Assembly: GCF_000150275.1 (NCBI RefSeq)
Contig: NW_002060949.1
Span: forward strand, 2,725,836 to 2,789,835
Direction of reading: 5' to 3'
From: Trichoplax adhaerens
Taxonomy: Eukaryota > Animalia > Placozoa
DNA: 64,000 nucleotides
The translations under genes and the position numbers were made by a program. Under the pieces are notes generated by a model that saw only the letters and a program-made list of their open reading frames with translations, had not been told where the DNA came from and did not search any database. Of the stretch, positions 25,201-39,685 are shown in pieces. Every line of letters begins with the position of its first letter. Positions within the stretch are counted from its first letter, which is position 1.

Positions 25201-28200
25201 AAAAAATTTATTTGTTAAATATGGAATATCGATTTTCCAATTAATAATGAAAGTCCGTCAGCAGTGCAATTTTAGTTATTACGTATGATTTATTTCTACA
25301 TGGTGTAGATATATATATATATAATTCTGTATGGTAGAGTAAATCCATAAAATATGGGTTCATTTTACGAGTTCGATTACACCGTTTACACTATGCCGTA
25401 CGGCTTGGCCATATAACTAATTCTATCAACTCTACTTGAAGTTGCATTGCATTCAATTTCAGTCATAATAATTTTATTAATCGATATAAGGATACCGTAA
25501 CTAAATGAACCACTACGCGTAGTATTATTTTATCTTTCACTGACTACCGGATATTTACTTGCAACATCACTCAGTGTAACTTGATTTTTTAATTTACAGT
25601 TCTGACATAAAATTGTAGGCGTAGTTTATATAATTGTCACAGTAAGACTATACGATGGATAGAAGACAAATAAAAATTTCGATATCGAAATACAAGCTGA
25701 ATATGTCCCAACTGAAGTGGTAGCAACTATAGTAAAGCATTAGCAACAGCGCTAACGCCATATTTCTCTTTCCCATTAATTATAATTAACAACCTTACAA
25801 AACCACAGACAGACTCCCTGGACGCCTGGGTTGCATTATTTATTTATTTTAAGCCACAACGTCTTTTTTTCCTAACTTTGTCACGTCGTGATACCTACCT
25901 AGTATGGACTTTAAGTCAAGTGTATCAAATCAATTACATCGTGATCGGCGAAGTCGATTATTCATCTATCATCGCTATTTTTAATTTAAGGCAATATGAA
26001 TTGAAATAAAGTCATATAACTATTTTTTATGAAGGAGACTTAAATTGAATCTCTGCTGTCCGTCCCCAAGTGTATTATAATATGACGTTTACATTTTATT
26101 ATAATTAAAATTATTAATAATACAATACGAATAGCTCAAAAGGAGTTCCATCCGTAACATTCAACGGCAAGCGATATATTAATTCCCGTCTCGATATTAG
26201 CCAAGTTGTATGTTAAGTAATATGACTATGGCATTATTAACATTCCTATCACTAAATGCTACCAACGATGTCAACTTATCATTGAAAGACTAAGAGTATA
26301 ACTTACGGATGACAATCTGCATAAACATTTCAAATTTCAGAGTTCAATATTGAATTTTTATTCTTTGTCATATGATGGGTTTTTCTTGCAGTATCCTCTA
26401 ATTTTTACGGTTGAATTTTCATAACATTCAAAATAAAGCGCCGGTCAGCATATTTTTCAATATACGTATAGAAGGATTTTAAAGCGAACCTTTAATACGT
26501 GTATTTGATAACTAAAATATAGTACGATGAAATGCAATAATGCGAAAGTATGATTACGACATCCCACTCTTTTCTATCCCCCCTACCGCTAGCTATAATC
26601 AGTCTTTCCAACCCAATCAAGTGTATTAGAATTGGGAAATTCTTTCCACTCAATCAGCGTATCAATAGGATTGATGCAAGCTGGATAGCAATTATCAAGA
26701 ATTGACAATATCTGGTCAAATTTAGTGGGATAACTAATCAATATAAAATTTTTTGGATGCTTTCTACAATCTCCAGATATGATGATCATAAAATTATGAA
26801 TAACAACGCTAGGTAAATCATAATTTTAAATTCTAATGTAATCCGCATTACTTTCAAGACTCCTCCCAAACTCAGGACAATACGTTAATTCTATACCTTT
26901 CGTAAAACTACAGGGTCAAGGCGGCAAAAGGAAGTAATTTTTATCAGACAGATAAATTAGTTGTTCACATAAAATATTCCATACACGTACCTTTTCTACT
27001 ATCTTACGAAATATGAATAGACTGCAATTAGGGAGAGTTGAAAAATTCTACGTACTTCCATAATAACCTAAAATAGTTACCGATATCTTTGTTACCGTCA
27101 GCCCTCATAATTGGCCATTCCTCGTCAGTGTCATATACGGAGTAGAGGAATAGAAGAGGGAATACTATTTAAAGCCGACACTGAATCGGGGAGTTATGTG
27201 CACGTTATACATTATGGGTATAAATATAAATAAATTAATTATCTGATCGTACTTGATAATAATTATTATTATCAACTAGAAAGAAATTTCAGTACGATAC
27301 AAGAGTTCTGTTAGCTTGAACTTTTCATAAGTAGAAGGAGAAAATACTCGTACCGCTATATCCTTTTTTAAACCAATTTTTTTTTTTCCTTGCCCTCAAG
27401 GCTTGTATTCACTCTAGTAGCAACGTGTCCGAATTGTGCAAACATTACCAATTTTATGACTAAGCATATTCCATATCGCTATTCCATATCTTGATAATAC
27501 TGAAACGCAAAGACAAGCAGATGTTGCTTGTCAATATAGGATTGCCAACGCTTACGACCCAAAATGAATCCTACATATTGTAGGCGAATAATTTACTAAT
27601 AAGTAGACGTTTGTCAAGTGGGCCGCTATAGCTTAGCACTTTTCATACAAATTGATATATTTACCCAAGGCATTGCAAGTATTATTATTTGCAGGAAGCA
27701 CACCTTGATTGCAGTCAACTTAATTAATATTTGTATAGTATTATCGAATGTGCTGTCCAAGATCGTCTTGATTACGGCAATGATTTGACTCTGCAGTTGG
27801 CAAGATTGAACAGAATATGTAAAAATATCGAAATCATTGATTTCTACATGATGTACTATCTTGCGCTGCGTCAAGACATGATCATTTTGTGTGTATGTGT
27901 GCTATTTGGATACGGCGTAGGGGAAGGAAAAAATAGCACTGATCTCAACCATTGCCTCATCACCATTTTTATATATTCAATTAAATAAGGCCTCCATTCC
28001 AATTGTTACAGTTATAATATTGAATAAAGAAGATCGTTTCTGACCGCTATTTTTATTAAAATAGCAGATGATTAATGTTTTAGAATGCTAGTACAAATGT
28101 GAACTGTATGACGAAAAGCATAGTAATGCAAACAGACGCAAATATTCTTTTTTATTGTTTCGTAACTTTAAAGTTTCAATCTGAATCCATTTTACTCATG

Positions 28201-28402
28201 GCATCCTGCATTCTACTTTCAACATACCTTGAAAATGTACACTTTAAACGATCAATAGGCCTCAATTTGAATTTACCAATTGGTAGATTGGCTATTTCTT
28301 AACACATCTAGAATATGAAAATAACAATTAGAACATAACTTCTAAGTTTACAACTGGCATAATTTCACGACATACTACCAGATCGGAATTACGCGCGATC
28401 AT

Positions 28403-28473
28403 CGCCATGTTGTTGGGAATGATTATTATGCAAATTTCCACCAATAGACAGACGGAAAGATTGGTCATGTGAT
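28403..28473. promoter_or_regulatory. Dense promoter-like motif cluster (YY1-like, octamer, 2x CCAAT, E-box) with no adjacent CDS
   Basis: CGCCATGTT 28403-28411, ATGCAAAT 28428-28435, CCAAT 28441-28445, ATTGG 28460-28464 and GTCATGTGAT 28464-28473 all fall within ~70 bp. Confidence 0.35.
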
Positions 28474-29153
28474 AGTCCGTACGTCTCTTGTTGATACTGG
28501 TGTTGTACGGTAAAAAGATTAGATTAGATCTTGCCATGAGGTAATACTTTATTACATTGATTTGACACAACATTGTTGATCTCGCGCCATACGCTTGTGT
28601 AGAGTACTGCAGATACCATGGACTTAAATGGACGTAGAGCGAGGGGTGGTAGTAGGACTATACCACAAGCAATATTAAATATGGCGGTACAGAACCAGGG
28701 GCTACTCAAGAAAGCTTTACCTTCAATTTTTCCTTCATTTCATTAGTCGCCCCTGACTGAATCATTGCACCCCCAAAAAAAAAAAAAAATGACAACCACC
28801 TATGTACAAAGTGGTTGGGTCTGATTGATCTGGTATAGTAGTGGCCTAGTATAGAGTACAATATATAAAAACTCGTCCGACCGTTGCTGTAATACTAGAG
28901 AGGGCAACAACGACGAAATGTAAAAGATGCGGCGCTGGCCGGGTGGGCAGTTGAACCATCAAAATTCAAGTTATACTATAACTTAATTTATTGGCGCCTA
29001 CTCACTTCTTCTGCACTCAGTCGACTTCGTTGCACGTTGCAAATATTTCTCGATACCAAGAAAAGTATCCAATGCAATTTCAACTAGGTATAGAATATTA
29101 AGTGAAATTACTGCTGCTACCGCTCTTGGAGCCAGAATAATAATACGGTTATA

Positions 29154-29182
29154 TAATAATAATAAATAAATAAATAAATAAA
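29154..29182. repeat. (AAT)n/(AAAT)n microsatellite
   Basis: taataataataaataaataaataaataaa. Confidence 0.7.
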
Positions 29183-32100
29183 AGCATAGTGAATAACTTC
29201 GCGTACCATTTGTACCCATTGACGTACAGTGGCATTGTAGAGTTTTACTCACTATAGTCAGACGGTATGGCCTACTAAATGATCACACTAAACGCTATTT
29301 TTTCAACTACGTAACGAAAAAATGGCAGTCATTCTATACGCAATTATCGTCAGCCGATGATAATTATTATGAATACAGCTACAATACGAGTATAGACGTC
29401 ATCATGACTTAATTATAAGTAATAATGACTACTTGGAATACTGTAGACTCAGAAGAGAATAAACTATAATTGTAAAATCATAATTTCGATTGATGTTCTA
29501 CGGTAAATTTTAAATTTTAAATTAGAACAAAAATAACATTTTATACGCACAGTATATCAGTTCATGAAGGTACTATATAGTCAGATTGTTGTGACACGTT
29601 GATATCCGATGAATAAACGAACGCACGATGTAGAATATTATTTTGACCATCATCTCACAAGTTGAACTTAGAAAGACTCATAGGAAAATAACGCTAAACA
29701 CCACGATAGTCTTATAAATCATTCATACCGAAACAATAAATCACATCGAACAGAAGGATTAACGGCTGCTGTTCGTCTATATTATGAGATGACAATTTAT
29801 CATAGGTAATGAATCAATGCGAATTCAAAACCATCATAAACTGATCATAATACGAATATAGGTGATCGTCGATATTTAATTTCCCATACCATTAATATTG
29901 CTAGTGACATCCCTATCATAGTTTTAGTAAATCTTTATTTTTTACTAGAAACTATTCGTTCAATTGAATGTCAAATGATATTATAGATACTTAAAATAAA
30001 TCGAACTACTGCATTTTCCGTTCTGTTAAGGTGACATACTTATTTTACGTACTGTTATGTGCTATTTTATAAAAAAATTTACTATCATAGCCATAAAACC
30101 CTTATTTTGATATCCCATTAGATTATTCAAATCTCGTATGGAATACTCATAGGCCTAAATTTCGAATACGTTGTCGTGATGATTAAACTACACTAAATCA
30201 AATACTATGTTTACCGTATTCAAAATAGCATGTATGTATATAGTAAGTCATTGATAACTTTTATTATTGATTTATGGTCAGAAGGCTCGTATAGACATTA
30301 TGAACATAGAATCCAAGTAGTAGTAGAAAAGTATTTAACACAATACTCTACATTCAACGCTGTATTTTCACAACAGCTTTACATAAATAGACGTTTTAGT
30401 TTCTGTAAGCCACCTAGGAAATGCCGTTCTGCCCATAGGCCATGACACTAAAGACTTTGTACAAGTAATATGGTACGGCACTAGATGTATCATAGTACAG
30501 TATGTTGCGTGATTTCGTCTACACTATATTACTATCAAGGATATCATGTTGAAGAGTTACATAAGCAAAGCACAATATTCCTATAATATAATTAAATAGT
30601 ATTAGCGTACTATAGTTATTATATTCAAATCTTTGTATTTGTATATATATACGTATATTGCGCCATTCGATTGAGTTGAGTCTTATCTGCTAAGCTGGTT
30701 AAGGTTTGCGTTTTATATTCAAAGATCATCTTATTAGCGACCTTCATTCAATTTACCTTAGTAATACTAGTGCTATTTAGTACAAAATAAGAAAACTCAG
30801 TTATACGTTGAAATCATTGAAGTATTATGATTTATATTGAAAGATAATATCACGGTTAAAGTATAAAAATTTTCATTAAAATGTAAAATTAGCGGCGGCT
30901 TGCGATCTTCTATAATCTTGCATAGCCGTACTCAGTTACGATCATCTTCGTGCTTACACATTAAAAAAACTGACTAACGTCTAGCATTTGGTGTTCTATG
31001 GCCAGTACATGTCCTGAAACTGTCATTCAATATCTGGAATCTTTACTGAACATCATAGTAAAGAAAAATTTAAAAACTAGCAGGGTTAAATCCTTTTATT
31101 TAATAATTTATTAATATCATTATTATTTTTTCTTATTTGATGAAGGTCTCTAAATGGACTATAGAAAATCTGTATAAAAGTTTCATGGTATGTACTAACA
31201 GTACGCTGCTTAAAACTGACGAATAATACACATACCCTTTACATTATATAAGAGCGATATAACATACACAACTTAAAAAATTTTTCATATTAAAGTCAAA
31301 GGTTCACATTACAGAGACGTAGATAATTACTACTATAAATCTTTTCTACTGTTTGCATTAGATATTGTAAATTGAGACAAGAGCTAGAACTAGGTTCGAT
31401 GATATCGCATGGGTCCCGTCATGTAATTACTATCGGATGACAAGATACGAAAAGATGTACACGTATAGTCGATAGTTGTTTTGAAAATTGGATTATTAGT
31501 TAACATGGCTTATAAAGTTGAACTAGTTCTAAACATGAGCTATTATATTGTTTAGTAACATAACATAAAGACACTATTATTGTATTGAATTGTGTTGTAT
31601 ACAGCCAGCACTAAAGGTGCAATAGAATCTAGCAAGACCTGTGTAAAACCATGAACAGGTCTAATTATAGGATTGCACGAAAATAGATAAGTTGAACGAT
31701 TGATTGCAAGATTAACTAAGTGTATATAAATGATGAATTATACTATAGTAATTTAGATAGTCTGATTACAGCTAGATAGTCCTAGATAATTTGTTAGACA
31801 AACCTAATTTTTATTATAAAGTGAATTTTATAATAAACTATAGTTGGTGTTTTATTATTTTGAAGACACTTTATCACAATCTGCAATAAAAATTCATGCC
31901 TTCAAATCATCGGTTAAAGTTCGATCGTTTACAGTCTTGAACGCAGTTGCACTTCATTCTTGTGCATTGCTTTTTTGCTTTCGAATATGTAGAGGCAATG
32001 CCGTGCAGTAAAGATATACGACAGGCACAGTAAATACTGTACATAGTAAGCAATAATCAAGATTAACTAAACTTAACATTTGTTTGTTTCATTAAAATCT

Positions 32101-35100
32101 CACATCTCTATTGATTGTCTCTTCTATACTATGTTTAGTGTTGTGAGTAAGATATACTACTACAACGGATCATGTCTTTACAATTAGGCGGTTAGTTGAT
32201 TTTTAATCTTTAAAGTTTAAAAATAAAATTTATAACCGATTAAATCAGTTAATGACAAAATGATAAATGTTAATGATGGTGAATCGAAGCCAATCTTATT
32301 TTACTAGTGCGTATTGCAACTATAATTGTAATAGCATGGTATCGTACCTGAACTTTATTGGTAGTGTATTAAATCTCTGTTCTTTGTTGTTGGAGATTCA
32401 TCGGTTACTTATTCGTCAAGTCAGTAAAACTAGCTCTAGCAAAAATCCAGTTATAGCACTGATTTGATGTACCCTAATAACTATGATTCTTATTACTCAT
32501 CTACTATTTACCAAATCTAATAGCTTTTCATCACGGCAGTTACCACCCAGTATTGTATTATTAGATGGAGCTATACGTATCCTATCGTAAATTAGCAATT
32601 ACGACTAATTAGCACTGACTGCTTTATTAATTCTTGCATATATTAGTTTTCCTGTCATTACTAAGCCGTATACTGCATAATGTCTAATTATGTTGTTTGT
32701 CTAATTTATGTGATTAGTATAGTAATTATATTATGAATACATTAAGTTTACCTTTGCATATGAATCGGAAGTGACTTCTACACAACGTAATGAGTTTGTA
32801 TGGATATTCTACGCTTACATTAACAAACGATAATTACTAAATTATACAGTCCAGTATTTAAGACTACTATATTAATTACCGTATACATCGGTTTTATAGT
32901 GTTTACAGTGTGTACTAGTGTATACTGCAATAGCGTTCGTACTCTATGATTAAGCGCATACTTCGCTGGCTACATTCGGATGAATCACTCAAATTTAAAA
33001 TGAGTGCTTTGCGTTCACACGACGAAATACTTCTCTTCATGAAGTAGATAGATAGTTTATTAAGCTACTTGATTGAACCGTATTTTATTTATAGCATGAT
33101 AGCGGTAATAGTGAGAGTATCATAGCCTGCCAAATTTGCTCATCCCTCTGAACATTGTAAAAATGATCGTCTAGTAGGTTTTATGAGCGAGTTTGTTCTA
33201 TACTCTAATGTAACTATAATGACAGATATCTTAGGGTATATATTTATGACTATGAGCTAATCATCGTTTATCACTAAACCATCGGTAAGAAATACGAACA
33301 TGCTGCCAACATTTTACTGATATCATCACTCTAAAATCCGCAAATCAATCATATATATTTACTACAATCATTACATCTAAAAGTAAAAATACTGCCCATT
33401 AGCTCTAACTTAAAAGATCATTTATAAATTTTTAATTCTAATGAATCTAATTCAAGTTGTGAAGACCCAGTAAACTTTCTTAACTGTTTTAACATAGGAT
33501 AGAACTACTGAGAATTAAAAGTTTATTTAATACTGATTAATTATAATCATCACATACTCATATTGTTACTATACGCATTTCATTGTAATATCGAGAGATA
33601 TATCAATTTAAACTGCAATCGAATGCTACGCAGTTAACCAAAGCTTTCACTAGCTACAATACAATAACTAAGTAAATTACGGTAATCTAAGATATTTACA
33701 AAGTGAAGATAGTGAATTAGTAATGAATAACTATGTTTATTAGCTGCATTGATTATCGCTGATTGCAACGATATGAGAGTAGTGGTAAGGCCGTTTTCGT
33801 TCTTCAATAAGGTAATTACTACTTAGCGATCTTTTAGTCATATCAACTAATAGCGAAGACGAAATTAGTGAACAAGTCACCGAGTCAAGTAAATTTTCAG
33901 TAGCAATTAGTTCACGGCTTATTTGTGATCAAGTTGCATTGATTTATTGTAAAAATGTGTATCCATTTGATTAATATAGGAATACATAAATGTTAGAAAG
34001 CAAACGATAGGTTAGGATAATTCCAAACGTAGTCAACAATAAAGTAGCTATCAAGCATTTTAGCATCATGAAATTCATTTGCATTAGACTGTCAATTGTT
34101 AGTAAATGACCAAAATACAAAGAATCAATGCTAATTCATCTGTTGCTACTACTGCTACTAGACTAAGGATTCTTTTAAAATTGATTACCAAGTGTTTTAC
34201 TGTCAAAGCTATAAATAACGATAACTACTGAGTAGACTGCATTTCCTTTCAGTAGTCCGTATCCGATTAACTTCCACGAAGCGATAGTAATGCAAATCAA
34301 AGAAAAATATGCTGATACTAGCACACATAAACAAATTTTCAAATTGTGATAAAGTATTGATGTTGAATGTTACATCTATTAAAATGTGACGGTATTTAAT
34401 TTTAATTCATAGATATTCTGAATAAAAATAATTTACGTACATGCTCGTATAGCTAAACTGCAGAATAGAGTATGATACCTATCAGGACCTAATTTTTTAG
34501 CGTAAATTCAAGTTCCTAATTCGAGTAGCAAGATAGTTCTGAAGCATATGATTAGTTATAGCTTGAATGAAAGAAAATTTCCGTGGCATCGATATAATTT
34601 GTCTATTGAATAATAAGAAGATATTATTCAAAAAATCTATGATTGATATGCTTATATATTTATTTGGTTGGCAATAAAAATAAGAATCAGTTATTTGCTT
34701 GCAAAGTAATTTATGTTTGTTGTAGCATCTTTTCTTAAAAGGAGTAATTTACGTATACTCCAATTATCTAGCATAAGTAGTTATTTGGGTATCAAATAAT
34801 ATACGTAATGTTTTAATCAAGGCTTTAATTCATGTTGATCATGGCTTCTATGTAATGTTATGTCATCTTCATATCATTTATTGAATAAGAGTAAACATGC
34901 CACTGAATATAAAATTATTTGCCTAAGTCGTCATTTGTAAGATACTGTGGTAATTGATGAAACTGATGAATTGATTTGGATGACGGGATATTACTCTTAT
35001 TTTCTTCTAGAGAACCCCGAAAATACATGCTATTAAACAATTAGCTATGATAACAAAGTGTACCAGATCATATTTAATTTGAACATTTTTGAATCTAAAT

Positions 35101-38100
35101 TATCAGTTAGCATATTTCATATGTGTTACTGTATATCAAAGCGATGATAGACAGAGTCATACTATAAATATAAATACATGAAAAAACGACCCTTTCTACT
35201 TTTATGAACAATAAAATTATTAATTAATGATATAAATACAATTACTAGATATCAATTTCAATCGTCATGGGACACAAATCAAAACGAAATATTAAAGGTT
35301 GTCAAATATTCACCATAGCTTAGTTGAAAATATTATGCACACGTAAGAAATTCTTTTCGATGACTACTAAGTGAACATCTGTTCTAAATCTTGTATTAAT
35401 TCCTTCTTTATATTAGTGCCATTAAGTTAATATCCACGATTGTTATTTAATTTTTCTTATCATATCAAGATAACAATATACGTACATTCTGAAAAGAAGT
35501 AGCAATAAATAAAATAGTCCATTCTTTCCATTAAAAATATCATCGACAACATTTAATTATATGAATTATAAAATTTTTGACATTTCCTGTATTTACTACA
35601 ATATCAGATAATTATATAATTGAAGATTGAAAAATTTTAGATCACTTTGCTATTTATAGGCTATGCTACCAAATATAGTTGACTTATCCTCTTATATGTA
35701 ATTAAAAGCAATTTTGGGCTTCATGGAGCCTATAACAAATCAATCAAGTAATACTTCGTGTAAATAATTGTATAAAAGATCCTCAAAGAATATTGGTTGA
35801 AAACAAAAGAGGATACCGACTTGATTAATACTTTTCCAAGAATAACATGCCATTAATTACCATCACAACGGTCAAATTCGGCATTTTTTAGTAATACAAA
35901 TCATTTATACTCACCTTATAGCATTATAAAATTATCGCTAATGGCTATTCAAGTATTCATAGATAAGTTAAGTCATAGTTATCTCGACTGTCTAAAAACA
36001 TTATGAAGCTGGTCGTAAATTTTTAATAAAAATATCCTTGTATAGATACCTATGTACGTTTTCTAAGAATTTATTCCTACCTTATAAATCTCAAGGAAAA
36101 TCATGTAATCCTCCCTTGACAGCCATAAAATTCAAAATAAAAAGTCCAGAAAATGATAATAACAACATCAATAGCAAATTAATTATACCCTGAAGCGATA
36201 TTAATATGAAACTCGGGTTGTTTTTCTTAATATTATTTTTACGTGAAGTAATTTTCTCTTAAAAGTGATTTCATAACAGTAGTATTTTAAAGTGACTTTC
36301 CCTGAAAATCATTCCAATTTCTTTGAAAGTATACCATTTTTAAGATGTAAAATGCATATCACCAACTTTTTCAAATGTGAATATGGCTGTTAGATAAAAT
36401 ATGATAAGGTACAGTAAACATATGAATGATTTTGCAGTACAAGTATAACTCGTAAACATTGATGACTTACTGAAACAATATAATTCTATTAATTTCGAGA
36501 GTAATTGGAATAAGACTTCAATTATATTAGGGCTAAGAATATTATCTACAGGCTATTTGCGTAACTTATTAACATAAAATGTGTATAGATAAAAGGTTAA
36601 TGACATTTGTTCGCTATTAAAGTTTACAATAAAGGTAAAAATAATTGTTTACTTTTTTATTTGTGCATATACACCGAATTACCGCCGATGTTACTGATTA
36701 GGTAATGAATCAAACTTGTTTTTAATAGTAAAAATAGTTAGCAAGTATTTTAAGGTGAAATCAACAATTTTATATATTTAACATTTATCGTAGCATTAAC
36801 TTCGAACCAGTACTATCAAACCTTTGTATTACGAAGAGTACACACGTAGATGTGATAATGCGAGCTGTCTCTGAACTTTGTAGCCATATGTTTGATTTAT
36901 TATGTTGTGATATCTATTCTCATTTTTATACTATGCTACGTAATTTCATACTTTATCATATTAGAATATATCTATATACATGTATAGATTAAATACAAGT
37001 TTCGTCAATTTTATAAGTGAAGTTATAGCAACACCGTATATGGCAAATAGAAGCATTCATTTCCATTATGAACTGTCAAAATTGACGGTAGATTAGCGCT
37101 TCTTATAGATCTATCGATCCCAATCTTACTTAATCTATAAAATGCTGCCGATTTTATCAGATGTGTTCTGATCGTACGTAACGATCAAAACTACTATATA
37201 GTAGTGCTAATATTAAATGGTATAAAATACCAATGAAGTCAATATTTATATTACGACGGCCTATTGCATATTTCTAGTACTGAGGCCGCAATTGCCCTGA
37301 GCTGATCTGTTATTGTAGTCTACATCAGTTAATTAATTATCGCTCTGAAGTAGCACGCAGAAGCTTGAGATATCATTCTAAGAATGAAATTAGTCATTAT
37401 TAAATAATATTTTAAGATGGATATTCCTTGATCATACGTTCCATTGTTGATAATATAATAAAATATAATAACTTATAGCTACGCACTATATCAATAGCAA
37501 TGTCAAGAAAGATCCTTTGTTATGAGACAAAAAGGAGATCTTTATTAATAAGAATTGCTTCCATTTATTGTATAAAGGTAGTTTTCGACGATAGCACACA
37601 ATCTTGGATTACTTTAAATAGCTGATACTATGTATAGCAGGGAGAGAAATAAAGAAATTAATGAAATCAATAAAACTATATTCAAATAAGATAGGTGGTT
37701 CCTACAAATCTTTGAGTTTAATTTTATAATTTGATTTGAAACAAGAATGGCATAACACAACAAATCTCATCCTTAGGAATGACCAAAGCCATTTACAACC
37801 ATGTTCTTCAGGCTGTAAATTATGGTCTAAAAAATTGTAATGATGGTAAAATATCAATGAATAAATATCTTGATATTTAGATAGCTTGTGACCAATTGGG
37901 TAGGTACTTGGATACTTAATTTTAAAGGTGACTGTTGTCGTTTAATAATATTATTATTGTCTAATATTTACCGTAGTTATCATCATTCTTTTTTTATAGA
38001 TCGTATCATTCAATGGAAATGATGTTCATAAAAATAGGATAATATTACGTCTATCGAGAACTTCACTTTGATAAAATACTACAACTAACCTATTATCCTG

Positions 38101-38800
38101 TTCGCCGAAAACAATTATTGAATGCTAGACAAATCAATTTTTCCATTGTTTGCTATTACATTTTTCAATTTTTTGTTTACCGCTTTGGTTGGAACTGGAT
38201 CTCATAATATGAACTATACTGTATATACATTCATGTAGTGAAGGACACGTATATATATAAATATATGGTATGAAACAGAATTAGATAATTACAGTAGCCT
38301 AGGTCGCATTGGATCGATTAATGAGTACAATTTCTCCAATCATTCTAAAAGAAGAATGCTTGTTCTATTTTTACAATTTTAACGACTATATTAAGAAAGA
38401 GACATTACTAAACTGTTACTTTAACTAACTGGACAGTTGTAATAAAGACTCAATCGCAGTTGCCAAGGCTTTAAACTTTGACTTATTTTTACGTTTGGAT
38501 TAGAAAAGCGTTATTATCATAACCAGTTGGCGAGACCCAATTCATTCAATTAGAGCGATACTTATAGAGGAAGACCAGGGTGCAAATTGTTTACCATCTT
38601 ATTGAACTTGAGATAGTAACATCAACATTTTAACATTTTGACTATTTGGATTCATTCATAATTCCATTTACGGGCATAGCGACATTTACCGATATCAGAT
38701 TTGTGCTGTATCAAGTTAAAGCAAGCGTATTATTTCACACCATACCACAATTGCCACCTGCATCTAAACAATCAAAACTCTTCCTTTCCAATATCAAGGT

Positions 38801-39685
38801 ATGGAAATGACTAAGGATAAACTTCAAGAAGCAGAAGATGAGAAAAAATTTCAAACATTTAAAAATTTTAAATTAAAGCGTAAAATTGGTAAAGGACGCT
38901 TTAGTAGCGTTTATCAAGCTAAATGTACAATCGATAATAGTATTTATGCCGTGAAGAAAGTCATCATTCCTGATTATACTGATCCTGTTGTTTGCCAAAA
39001 GTACATGCTAGAAGTTAAACTACTTAAGTCTTGCCATCATCATAACATTATACGTTATTTTGCTTCATTTTTAATCGATGATTGTGTCTTACTTATTATT
39101 TGTGAGCTTGCTGATGCTGGCGATTTAGAATGCATGATTAAGGTATTTCGTGAAAAGAAAATTCGTATACCAGAACGTACAACATGGAAATATTTCTATC
39201 CTGTTGCTAGTGCAGTTTGTTATTTACATGATCGGCGTATCATGCATCGCGATATTAAACCATCTAATATCTATGTCACTGGTAAAGGAGTTGTTAAATT
39301 GGGAGATTTTGGATTGGGTCGTGCTTTGGGTTCTGGCACAGCAGCAGCATCGTCATGGGTTGGTACACCGTATTATATGTCACCAGAGCGTGTAGCACAA
39401 CGTGATTATGATTTTAAATCAGATATTTGGTCATTGGGTTGCCTATTATATGAATTAGCAGCATTACGTTCGCCATTTTTTGGTGTCAAATTAACATTGG
39501 TACAATTATGTGAAAAAATCGAAAATGGCGACTATCGACCATTAGAGCCACAGTTGTATTCACTTAATTTGCGTCAATTAGTTGATAAAGCTATTATGAT
39601 CAAGCCCGACGATAGACCTACTGCAAGCCAAGTGCTATGTGAAGCAAGCAATATGTATCGTGAATCCAACAGTACAACAATATAA
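38801..39685 (+). CDS. NEK6/NEK7-like Ser/Thr kinase, intronless coding sequence, 294 aa
   Basis: One ORF carries all kinase subdomains: IGKGRFSSVY, AVKKV, E of helix C, IIRYFASF, ELADAGDL, IPERTTWKYF, HRDIKPSN, KLGDFGLGR, VGTPYYMSPER, YDFKSDIWSLGCLLYELAALRSPF. This is the compact kinase-only NEK6/7 type. A pyrimidine tract plus AG at 38797-38798 suggests an intron just before the ATG. Confidence 0.92.
   Translation: MEMTKDKLQEAEDEKKFQTFKNFKLKRKIGKGRFSSVYQAKCTIDNSIYAVKKVIIPDYTDPVVCQKYMLEVKLLKSCHHHNIIRYFASFLIDDCVLLIICELADAGDLECMIKVFREKKIRIPERTTWKYFYPVASAVCYLHDRRIMHRDIKPSNIYVTGKGVVKLGDFGLGRALGSGTAAASSWVGTPYYMSPERVAQRDYDFKSDIWSLGCLLYELAALRSPFFGVKLTLVQLCEKIENGDYRPLEPQLYSLNLRQLVDKAIMIKPDDRPTASQVLCEASNMYRESNSTTI

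Noticed and set aside
24861-32467. Many 60-85 aa ORFs in the L3MBTL-NEK interval
   Set aside because: No recognisable domains or consistent exon chain; composition as expected for chance ORFs in AT-rich DNA.
38459-38472. GTTGCCAAGG upstream of the NEK-like gene as an X-box
   Set aside because: Only the left half-site matches; the RGYAAC half is missing.
39150-39395. 81-aa ORF overlapping the NEK-like kinase
   Set aside because: Alternative frame inside a conserved kinase CDS, with a non-ATG start.
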